16,107 nucleotides of DNA from the NCBI GenBank assembly GCA_963745235.1, contig CAVUXE010000001.1, forward strand, positions 1 to 16,107, given 5' to 3'. Origin of the DNA: an uncultured Spirochaetota bacterium. GTDB lineage: Bacteria; Spirochaetota; Spirochaetia; SZUA-6; Fen-1364. The position numbers were made by a program, and so were the translations under genes. The notes under the pieces were generated by a model, which saw only the letters and a program-made list of their open reading frames with translations, did not search any database and was not told the DNA's origin. Shown piece after piece: positions 1-7,620 of this stretch (position 1 is the stretch's first letter; each line of letters opens with the position of its first letter).

Positions 1-222
1 TACACATTGGCGTTATTAAGCCAAACGGTGATTTGGCCGCTAGCGGCATTCAGTACGTGACGGCGGTTAATCTCTTTGACAGAAGGTTTTTTCAAAAGGC
101 CATATTTACGAGGCAGTTTTCTGTCGGAAACTTCGAGATTGGTCGTGTGACTCATGAACCTTCGATCAATTTTGGATATCCTGTCCTGTCTGAGACTGGA
201 GAGGTAAGGGCGGTCATTTTCG

Positions 223-1500
223 TTGCGCTGGATCTTTCATGGCTCACCGCCCACGAGCAAGCCTCAATGTCCCATCTCAGAACCGGATTCGATTTTCGCC
301 AAAATGGATTCGAATGGACTTGTCGTCGCATATCACCCAGACTCAAGTGAACGGATCGGAAAGCCAGCCCCATGGAAGTTCGTTGAAGCTATGAAGAGCA
401 CGGGGCGTGGGATGGCTGAGGAATCTTCCCCGGATGGAATTCCGCGAATATTCGCGTATGACGCTGTGACGGGGAGCAAGCTTTTTGGCGGGGATCTTTA
501 CGTAGCGATTGGGCTGCCGAAAGACTCCTTGCTTGCAGTGTTCAATCGCTTCATGGTCCAGAACACATCCGCCATGGGGATAGTTGCGCTCTTGGTTTTC
601 GTATTCGCATGGATAAGCAGCGAGCTTCTTGTTGTCCGTCCGGCTCGTGCCATTTTAACTACCACAGAGGAGCTGCGCCGCGGGAACTTGAGGGCTCGAA
701 CTGGGCTTCTCCATAGAGAAGGCGATATTGGACGATTGGCTTTTTCTGTCGACCAAATGGCGGAAACGCTGCAGAATCAGGACCACGAACACGAACGCAT
801 GATAGCCATACTGACTCAAAGTGAAGAGAAGTATCGCAGCCTTGTAGAAACATCACCCGATGCCATAGCGCTGTTGGATGAAAATTTCAAAATCATAATG
901 ATGAGCCCGGCAGGCTTGCGACTTACTGGATACGAAAGGCCGGACCAACTAATCGGAAAAAGCTTCTTCGATTTCTTTATTCCGGAAGATAAGTCTCGCC
1001 TGATTGAAGAAATCACTCGAACCCTTCAAGTCAAGGAAGTTCAGAATCTCGAGCACATCATAATCAGAGAGAATGGCACTTCAGTCCCCGTTGAGATCAG
1101 GGCTTCAGCGCTTGGTGATAAAAACACAACTTTCCGAAGCATTATCACCCTCCTCAGGGACATAAGCAGCCGCAAAGAGGCAGAGGAGGAAAGGAAGAAA
1201 ACGCAATCCCAACTCTTCCAGGCCCAAAAGATGGATTCTATCGGAACCCTCGCAGGAGGGGTTGCCCATGATTTCAACAACCTTCTCACGGTGATTATCG
1301 GTCACTCCGATTACTTGATGTCAGTTGTCGACAAAGATCAACAAATGTATACGAGCCTGAAGGAGATCCACCGCGCATCAATGCGGGCGGCGGATCTGAC
1401 CCACCAGTTGCTTCTTTTTAGTCGCCGACAACCAATGGAGCTCTTGCCCTTGATATCAGTAGGACGGTCGAAGGTCTTCTCAAAATGCTCAAACGCCTGA
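223..1500 (+). CDS. Middle segment of the frameshifted hybrid kinase (Cache C-terminal half, TM, HAMP, PAS, HisKA); real coding part about 280-1449
   Basis: HAMP, PAS and H-box (AHDFNNLLTVI) motifs in the translated ORF. Both termini of this ORF are off-frame read-through. Confidence 0.6.
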   Translation: MRWIFHGSPPTSKPQCPISEPDSIFAKMDSNGLVVAYHPDSSERIGKPAPWKFVEAMKSTGRGMAEESSPDGIPRIFAYDAVTGSKLFGGDLYVAIGLPKDSLLAVFNRFMVQNTSAMGIVALLVFVFAWISSELLVVRPARAILTTTEELRRGNLRARTGLLHREGDIGRLAFSVDQMAETLQNQDHEHERMIAILTQSEEKYRSLVETSPDAIALLDENFKIIMMSPAGLRLTGYERPDQLIGKSFFDFFIPEDKSRLIEEITRTLQVKEVQNLEHIIIRENGTSVPVEIRASALGDKNTTFRSIITLLRDISSRKEAEEERKKTQSQLFQAQKMDSIGTLAGGVAHDFNNLLTVIIGHSDYLMSVVDKDQQMYTSLKEIHRASMRAADLTHQLLLFSRRQPMELLPLISVGRSKVFSKCSNA

Positions 1501-2387
1501 TTGGTGAGGATATACAAGTCGAAACTGCCTTTGTACCAGAGCTATGGTCAGTGCTCGCAGATGCCGGGAGCATGGAGCAAGTGATCATGAATATTGTCGT
1601 CAACGCAAGAGACGCAATGAAGGCAGGAGGAACCCTTAGAATTACGACCGGGAATAAGGTTATCGACGAAGGGTATTGCGCACTCTACTCATTTGCGCGC
1701 GCCGGCAAGTTCGTGTGCCTCTCAATCACGGATACCGGTGTTGGGATGACACAAGAGGTTATCTCACACATTTTCGAGCCGTTTTTTACGACGAAAGAAA
1801 TGGGAAAAGGTACCGGGCTTGGCCTTTCAGTTGTGTATGGAATCGTCAAACAACATGAGGGATGGATCACCGTCAGGAGTGAGCTTGCGAAGGGCTCAAC
1901 GTTCGATATATGTCTCCCGGCCTTCTCCGGCAGCTCGGCCGCAGCTAAAGAGGAGGACGTATCTCTCGCAAACTTGCGGGGGCGGGGAGAACGTATCCTT
2001 GTAATTGAAGACGACGAATCCATTCGGAATCTTGTACAGAGTATGCTAGTTGAGAACGGCTATCAAGTGACGGTCGCAGCAGATGCGCGGACCGCTGTAG
2101 AAGTCTTTGAAAAGGAAAAAAGAGATTTTGATCTGATCCTAAGTGATGTCATCCTCCCAGACAGGAATGGGGTCCAACTTGTCGAAGATCTATTGTCCCG
2201 TAATCCAAATCTCAAGGTTCTATTGAGCAGCGGATACACTGACGACAAATCCCAGTGGGCCGTTATACGAAAAAGGGGCTTCCGGTTCATGCAGAAGCCA
2301 TACTCCCTAGTCGGTCTCCTTCGTGCCTTGAAAGCTTGTATGGAAGGAGATCATCCGGCGCGAAGTACGGGCCGCTATCTGACTTGA
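1485..2387 (+). CDS. C-terminal segment of the hybrid kinase (HATPase_c + receiver domain)
   Basis: N, G1, F and G2 boxes plus a CheY-like receiver. The same frame upstream of the ATG reads LDISRTVEGLLKML from 1449, the normal HisKA-HATPase linker. Confidence 0.7.
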   Translation: MLKRLIGEDIQVETAFVPELWSVLADAGSMEQVIMNIVVNARDAMKAGGTLRITTGNKVIDEGYCALYSFARAGKFVCLSITDTGVGMTQEVISHIFEPFFTTKEMGKGTGLGLSVVYGIVKQHEGWITVRSELAKGSTFDICLPAFSGSSAAAKEEDVSLANLRGRGERILVIEDDESIRNLVQSMLVENGYQVTVAADARTAVEVFEKEKRDFDLILSDVILPDRNGVQLVEDLLSRNPNLKVLLSSGYTDDKSQWAVIRKRGFRFMQKPYSLVGLLRALKACMEGDHPARSTGRYLT

Positions 2388-2429
2388 AACAACAGCGTTA
2401 TCCAGACAAAGGAGACGCACCGCAGCGAA

Positions 2430-2884
2430 ATGATAAAGAAGCTCTCTATCGATCAGATCACAGAAATCTACTACATCAGGGCAGCCCTATCTTGCATCGC
2501 CGCGCGCTTTGCGGCACGGAACTTAGCCGAAGATGAAAAGAAGCAGCTTTTTATCCTCTGCGACCGGATGGATACGGAAATCGAACACGCGCAATCCAAA
2601 GCCATGCTGGAAGACAATTTGAGATTTCACGACATCATCTGCAAGGCGGCAAAGTCGCGGCGCTTTGAGGATCTGGCCTTGCAATACCATACGCAAAGCG
2701 AGCGGTATCAACCTTGGGCCTGGAACTTCCGGGGCGCTACTCCGAAATTTGCGTTGAGCACCGGACCATCGCGCAGGCACGCGCCAACGGCGACAAGGCA
2801 AACGCAGAGTTCCAAGCGCGGCAGCATCTGTCCAACACGGCCAAGAGGATCGCTGACTACTTCCACATCGACCGAGAAATCTGA
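2430..2884 (+). pseudogene. GntR-family (FCD domain) transcriptional regulator remnant: no intact HTH, frameshift at ~2710
   Basis: KLSIDQITEIYYIRAALSCIAARFAA...DNLRFHDIICKAAKSRR is an FCD signature. From 2711 the -1 frame reads TLGLELPGRYSEICVEHRTIAQARANGDKANAEFQARQHL...DREI* (conserved EH..I and H), stopping at 2882-2884, 3 bp before the convergent mglC stop. Confidence 0.8.
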
Positions 2885-2887
2885 TCT

Positions 2888-3922
2888 CTATTTCCGCTTG
2901 ATGTATTTCTGCGAGTCGATCGTTATCGCCAAGACGATGATCAATCCCTTCACGCTGTATTGGACGTAAGGATTCACTCCAATATAAACAAGGCCATAGT
3001 TAATGATCTGGAACAAGACCACGCCAGTGACAACACCCGCGACCGACCCCACGCCGCCCCTTAATGAGACCCCGCCGACCACGCAGGCCGCGATTGCATC
3101 CAGCTCGTAGCCTTCTCCCAGCAGATTGGTCGCACTGCCAGTTCGGGCGCCCTCGAGCGCTCCGCCGAAACCGTAGAGCATTCCCGCGATCGCGAAAACG
3201 ACCACGCTGTTGAGCACTATATTCACGCCCGAGACCGTCGCAGCTTCGATGTTGCCGCCTATGGCAAACATGTTCTTGCCAAGCTTTGTCTTGTTCCAGA
3301 TGAACCAGATAATCCCGACCACGATCGCGGCGTATAAGATCAGGAAGGGGATCCTGAAGTTCTGGAATTCGATCGCGCCTTGCGCGAAGTGGCTGAAGAC
3401 AGGATCAAGACCGCCTATGGGGGAGGAGTCGTTCACGCGGTCGACATAAAGAGACTCCAGCCCGTAGATGATCAGCGCGAAGCCCAGAGAGGTTATGAAG
3501 GCTTCCGTCTTTAGTTTGGTCACAATAAGGGCAATTGCAATCAAGAACAGAGAGCAGAGTACCATGACCAGCAGGATAGGCAGGACCAGGGGGAGCCTTG
3601 GCAAAGACTGATAGATGCGATGGGAGTAGTTAACCGCCTGAAGGAGCGAACAGGCAACGATCGCCGACATACCCACGTTCCTGCCCAGGGAAAGGTCGAC
3701 GCATCCCAGGACGATGATGCCGGCGACGCCGAGGGCAAGAATAATCCTTGTTGAAGCTTGTGTCATGATAAAGACGAAATTTTGCATCCTGAAGAAGCTG
3801 GGATTGATGGCGATAATGATGGCCAGCAGCGCGATCAAGAACAAGTAGAGGCCGTTTTTCAGCAGAAAAGCGGGGAGCCACTTTCGAGTCCGCATCTGTT
3901 TCGCATTCAAATCCGTCATCAT
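2888..3922 (-). CDS. mglC: Galactose/methyl-galactoside-type sugar ABC transporter permease (BPD_transp_2)
   Basis: Hydrophobic protein with 'QASTRIILALGVAGIIV..CVDLSLGR', 'TKLGKNMFAIGGNIEAATVSGVN' and 'YELDAIAACVVGGVSLRGGVG'. Lies directly downstream of mglA, with an AAGGGG RBS-like sequence upstream. Confidence 0.88.
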   Translation of the reverse strand: MMTDLNAKQMRTRKWLPAFLLKNGLYLFLIALLAIIIAINPSFFRMQNFVFIMTQASTRIILALGVAGIIVLGCVDLSLGRNVGMSAIVACSLLQAVNYSHRIYQSLPRLPLVLPILLVMVLCSLFLIAIALIVTKLKTEAFITSLGFALIIYGLESLYVDRVNDSSPIGGLDPVFSHFAQGAIEFQNFRIPFLILYAAIVVGIIWFIWNKTKLGKNMFAIGGNIEAATVSGVNIVLNSVVVFAIAGMLYGFGGALEGARTGSATNLLGEGYELDAIAACVVGGVSLRGGVGSVAGVVTGVVLFQIINYGLVYIGVNPYVQYSVKGLIIVLAITIDSQKYIKRK

Positions 3923-3940
3923 ATATGCTCACCCCTTGCC

Positions 3941-5452
3941 CTACAAATGCCTTGCTGCCAGTTCGAGAATCTCTTCCTGTTTCGTCTCCGAAGCCTTGAC
4001 GATTCCTGCGACTTTGCCGTTGCTCATAACCAGTATCCGGTCTGCCACGCTGATCAGCTCAGGCATTTCGGAGGAAACGAAAACAATGCTGTTTCCCATC
4101 TTCGCGAGGTCTATCATGAGTTGGTAGATTTCGTATTTCGCACCGACGTCAATGCCACGTGTAGGCTCGTCCATGAGGAAAATTTGCGGCTTGGTGAGGA
4201 GCCACCTGCCGAGAATGACTTTCTGCTGGTTGCCTCCTGAGAGGTTGCCAATCTGCACCTTCTGAGAAGGAGTCTTCACCGAAAGCCGTTGGATCACCCA
4301 CTGTGTGTCTCGCGTGGCGAGCTTGTACCGCAGAATCCCGAGTCGATCGCAGTATGCGCTAATGTTGGCGATAATTGCGTTGAACTGGACGTTGAGTAGG
4401 GCGAAGATACCGGTCGCCCGCCGTTCCTCCGTGAGGAGGCCGAGACCTTTGGCGATCGACAACTTCGGGTTGGACGTGCGTGCCGATTTCCCGCGAACGA
4501 TTATTTCGCCGCTTTTCATTTTCCTGATACCGAATATTGTCTCGACGAGCTCGGTCCTCCTCGACCCTATGAGCCCCCCGATCCCGAGTATCTCGCCGCG
4601 ATACAGGTCGAAGGAGACGTCGACGATCGATGGCTGGTAGGTGGCTGTGAGGTTGCGTATGCTCATGACGACGTCATCCGAAGGCACATTTACCTTGGGC
4701 GGGAAGAGGTGGGTCAGGTCGCGGCCCACCATCAGGGAAATGATCGAGTCCTTGGTGAGGTCCGCGGCGCGCTCCGAGGCGATCCATTTGCCGTCGCGCA
4801 TTACCGTCACCTCATCGGAAATCAGCAGGATCTCTTCCATCTTATGAGATATGTAGACAACGGCAACGCCGTCATCTTTCAGTTTCCGGATGATGCGGAA
4901 GAGGTGCTGGACTTCGGTCTCGGTGAGCGAGGACGAAGGCTCGTCGAGGACGATGATCTTGGCGTCGCAGGAAACCGCCCTGGCGATCTCCACCATCTGC
5001 CGCTGCGCCACAGAGAGGGTTCCTATCTTCTTCTTCGGATTCAGCTCGATACTCAGGTCGCGGAGAATGCGTTGCGTGTCCTCTAGCATCTTCCGCTCGT
5101 CCACCATCAAGCCCTTCGTTGGGAAACGGCCTATCCAGATATTATCGGTGACGCTCCGCTCCAGCACTTGGTTCAGTTCCTGGTGCACCATCGACACGCC
5201 CGAGTCCAGCGCTTGGCGCGGGTTTTCGAATGACACCGGCTTGCCGTCCAGAAGGATCTCACCCGAATCCGCGCGATAGATACCGAACAAGCATTTCATC
5301 AGGGTCGACTTCCCTGCGCCGTTTTCCCCAACTAGCGCATGCACTGTGCCCGGCCGGATCCGGAGTCGCGCCTCGTCGAGCGCCTTCACCCCGGGAAACT
5401 CCTTGCACATGCCGCGCATCTCAAGGATGTACGTGCCGCTGTCCTGCTTCAT
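3941..5452 (-). CDS. mglA: Sugar ABC transporter ATP-binding protein, two NBDs (MglA/RbsA type), 503 aa
   Basis: Walker A GENGAGKST, Q-loop MVHQELN, Walker B IVLDEP, H-loop YISHKMEE, second domain LSGGNQQKV and LMDEPTRGIDVGAKYEIY. Start moved to ATG 5452 (MKQDSGTYILEM) with AAGG upstream. Confidence 0.9.
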   Translation of the reverse strand: MKQDSGTYILEMRGMCKEFPGVKALDEARLRIRPGTVHALVGENGAGKSTLMKCLFGIYRADSGEILLDGKPVSFENPRQALDSGVSMVHQELNQVLERSVTDNIWIGRFPTKGLMVDERKMLEDTQRILRDLSIELNPKKKIGTLSVAQRQMVEIARAVSCDAKIIVLDEPSSSLTETEVQHLFRIIRKLKDDGVAVVYISHKMEEILLISDEVTVMRDGKWIASERAADLTKDSIISLMVGRDLTHLFPPKVNVPSDDVVMSIRNLTATYQPSIVDVSFDLYRGEILGIGGLIGSRRTELVETIFGIRKMKSGEIIVRGKSARTSNPKLSIAKGLGLLTEERRATGIFALLNVQFNAIIANISAYCDRLGILRYKLATRDTQWVIQRLSVKTPSQKVQIGNLSGGNQQKVILGRWLLTKPQIFLMDEPTRGIDVGAKYEIYQLMIDLAKMGNSIVFVSSEMPELISVADRILVMSNGKVAGIVKASETKQEEILELAARHL

Positions 5453-5529
5453 TGCCTTGGCCGTCAGAGACGGAAACCGCGCTCGCGACACGCACAAAAC
5501 GCTGCCTGCCGTGCGCGCGGAATCGATAA
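5453..5529 (-). other. Structured mglB-mglA intergenic region (stem-loops, probable mRNA-stabilising or processing element)
   Basis: Minus-strand GCGCGCACGG...TTGTGCGTGT can pair, using G-U pairs. There is also a perfect small hairpin CCGTC-AGA-GACGG at 5461-5473. Such structures are common after binding-protein genes. Confidence 0.45.
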
Positions 5530-6573
5530 CTACTTTACTTCTGTCTTCGCGTAGGCGTCTTCTGCCAGCTTGACGTTGGCCTTGGTGATTTCGTAATAGG
5601 GCATACGTACGTCCCGGAAGGTCCCGACCTTGCCTTTCTTGACGCCCGCCAGGGGATTGGTGCCGCGCACGAGATTCACCGCGATGGTCAGGATGGCCTG
5701 GCCTTCGTTGTTAGGGTCGGAAAGGACGGAGCCGAGCATGATGTTGTCCTTGATGAGAGGCACGACGGTGGAGAGGGCGTTGATGCCTACGACGCCCATG
5801 TACTTCTTCCCGGTGAAATATCCGTTCTCCTTGAGAGCCTCAACCGCGCCGAGTGCCATGGCGTCATTGTTGCAGATAACCATATCGATCGTGTCGCCGT
5901 ATTTTCCGATCCAGGTCTCCATGACGTTCTTGGCATCGGCAGTGTTAAAGTTCGCAGGCTGGATTGCAAGCAACTCGGTTGCAAAGCCTGCGTTCTTCAT
6001 CGTTTCTATGACCGTCTTGGTACGGGCCTCAGCGTCGGGATGACCGGGGGTTCCCTTCAGGATCACATAATGCATCTTCCCGTCCTTGTTCCTGTCGAGG
6101 GAAGGCATGTCTTTCCAGGCTTTCATCACCAGTTGAGCCTGGATGACTCCAGATTCCTCGGGGGTCGTCCCCACGTACCAGCACTTGTCGTAGCTGAGAA
6201 TGTCTTCCTTGGCCGGGCAGCGGTTGAAGAATACGATGGGGATATTACTCGCCTTTGCTTTCGCAATCAAAGTAACTGCGGCTGCCGGGTCCACTGGATT
6301 GATCGCCAGAACGTCGACCCCTTTTGCGATCAGGGTATCTATCTGATCGTTCTGTGTCACCTGGCTGTTCTTCGCATCCACGTATTCGACGCTTACCGCG
6401 GGTCCCAAGCTGCTCTCGAAAGCCTTCATCCCTCCGCGCATGTACGACAGGTAGGTGTTGGAAAAGTCAAAGAAGTCCACTCCAATTTTCACCGTCTTTG
6501 TCGATTGCGCCCAGACTGCGGAGGCGCCCAGCAGCATTGCAACTACCAACAGGAGCAACAGAGCTTTTTTCAT
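5530..6573 (-). CDS. mglB: Periplasmic sugar-binding protein of the glucose/galactose-binding protein (MglB/GGBP) family, with a divergent pocket
   Basis: Sec/SPI signal peptide MKKALLLLLVVAMLLGASAVWA-Q. Motifs 'QNDQIDTLIAKGVDVLAINPVDP', Ca-loop 'DRNKDGKMHY', 'GHPDAEART' and 'CNNDAMALGAVEAL'. AGGAGG RBS at 6581-6586. The start could be any of three tandem ATGs (6573/6576/6579). Confidence 0.82.
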   Translation of the reverse strand: MKKALLLLLVVAMLLGASAVWAQSTKTVKIGVDFFDFSNTYLSYMRGGMKAFESSLGPAVSVEYVDAKNSQVTQNDQIDTLIAKGVDVLAINPVDPAAAVTLIAKAKASNIPIVFFNRCPAKEDILSYDKCWYVGTTPEESGVIQAQLVMKAWKDMPSLDRNKDGKMHYVILKGTPGHPDAEARTKTVIETMKNAGFATELLAIQPANFNTADAKNVMETWIGKYGDTIDMVICNNDAMALGAVEALKENGYFTGKKYMGVVGINALSTVVPLIKDNIMLGSVLSDPNNEGQAILTIAVNLVRGTNPLAGVKKGKVGTFRDVRMPYYEITKANVKLAEDAYAKTEVK

Positions 6574-6601
6574 CATCATACCTCCTGAAGCAAGTGTTAC
6601 T

Positions 6602-6647
6602 CGACCGCACACAGCGGCCGTCTACCCCCTGTCAACCCGGGGGGCAA
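6602..6647 (-). other. Tandem intergenic hairpins upstream of mglB
   Basis: Minus strand reads TTGCCCCCCG-GGTTGA-CAGGGGGTAG followed by CGGCCGC-TGTGT-GCGGTCG. No U-tract follows. Confidence 0.45.
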
Positions 6648-6657
6648 TCCGAATACT

Positions 6658-7620
6658 TTACGCGTTGTCCTCTGCGGCGATGTTCGCGGCGACGAAGGCC
6701 GCCACTTCGGTCTCGTTGCGCCAGTCCAGTGGCGCCTGCGCAGGGAAGATCTCCCAGTGTTCGACGTGCTCCACTGCGGCGCCCGGCGCGACGAGAGCCA
6801 GAGGCGAGAGGCTCTCCATCTCGAGCATGCGGTCATGGGTGTAGGTCTCGAACGACACGCCGAAATCGGGGTATTCCGCGCCCTCGACATGAGGATGCCG
6901 GCAAAGGAAGCAGCTGCCCTTGTTGATATAGCACGCCCAGCCTTCGACGTTGTTGATGCCAAGTTTCATGGGCTTTTCGTTGTTCGGATCCTGTTTGACG
7001 GCGACGTATCGGTTGCCCCAGTAGATCCGTTCGTCTCGCATCGCCGTGTAGTCCCAAAGCGCTATGCGACGGTTGGGCAAAACCCCCGCAAGCAAAGTTG
7101 GCTGCGGAATTATTTCCAGGCCGCCGGGGGCCATCGCGGTCACAGACCAAGCACCCATCCGCTTCGGCGACTTCCCGACGTTCGTCACACGAAAGCGAAG
7201 CGAAACCCTTCCTTTGCCCTTATCCATGCGAATCTCCACCTCGTTGCGAACCTCGTTCACTTTCTGCGGCGGAGAGCGGAATATCGCCCCGTCGGGGAGG
7301 AGTTCGGATTCGACCGGTTCATTGTCTGGATAGAATGCATGAGGAAAGGAGTGCGGCGAGACCCAGAGTCTGTTGCCGCCGTAAATGTTCCAGTACGCGC
7401 CCGGATAGAAAACCTCGTCGAAGGCCGGGCCTTTCTTCACGTTGTTAGGGTCGAGGTTGTTGAATAAGATATTATGTCCGCCGTCGAGGGAATAAGACAT
7501 GACACGAGGCCCGTAGTCGATGGCGACGGTGAGCCCGGCAGTGCCGTCGCTGACGCGCACGCAATTGCCATACTCAGAGCAGTGTATCAGCTCCGAACAG
7601 ACGCCGAGCGTGCCTTTCAT
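6658..7620 (-). CDS. DUF4380-like protein (probable galactose-mutarotase/aldose-epimerase-like beta-sandwich), function unknown
   Basis: Motifs 'DYGPRVMSY', 'WNIYGGNRLWVSP', 'FYPDNEPV', 'YPDFGVSFETYT' and 'LEMESLSP' are recalled as typical of this family. ATGA overlap with the upstream dehydrogenase. Confidence 0.7.
   Translation of the reverse strand: MKGTLGVCSELIHCSEYGNCVRVSDGTAGLTVAIDYGPRVMSYSLDGGHNILFNNLDPNNVKKGPAFDEVFYPGAYWNIYGGNRLWVSPHSFPHAFYPDNEPVESELLPDGAIFRSPPQKVNEVRNEVEIRMDKGKGRVSLRFRVTNVGKSPKRMGAWSVTAMAPGGLEIIPQPTLLAGVLPNRRIALWDYTAMRDERIYWGNRYVAVKQDPNNEKPMKLGINNVEGWACYINKGSCFLCRHPHVEGAEYPDFGVSFETYTHDRMLEMESLSPLALVAPGAAVEHVEHWEIFPAQAPLDWRNETEVAAFVAANIAAEDNA

Larger units (their letters stand above)
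1..2387 (+). pseudogene. Hybrid sensor histidine kinase/response regulator (dCache-TM-HAMP-PAS-HisKA-HATPase_c-REC), 5' end outside the window, interrupted by two frameshifts (~279 and ~1448). Either a pseudogene or an assembly artefact.
   Basis: Frame is open from base 3 (HIGVIKPNGDLAASG...DRRFFQKAI...GRVTHEPSINFGYPV, Cache-like). It continues in the 223..1500 frame (EPDSIFAKMDSNG, TM, HAMP 'GDIGRLAFSVDQMAETL', PAS 'EKYRSLVETSPDAI', H-box 'GGVAHDFNNLL') and then in the 1485..2387 frame (N-box 'MNIVVNARDAM', G1 'DTGVGM', F-box 'IFEPFFTTK', G2 'GTGLGL', REC 'ILVIEDD...LILSDVILP...QKP'). Confidence 0.85.

Noticed and set aside
270-1490. Programmed ribosomal frameshifting in the kinase
   Set aside because: No slippery heptamer or stimulatory structure at either site, and two shifts of opposite sign would be required.
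2712-2969. C-terminal tail of the 2430..2969 ORF overlapping mglC
   Set aside because: Off-frame read-through after the frameshift at ~2710; the true frame stops at 2884.
6757-7467. 236-aa plus-strand ORF (and 6324..6926, 6040..6588)
   Set aside because: Antisense to the DUF4380 and mglB genes; low-complexity Arg/Pro-rich translation with no family motifs.
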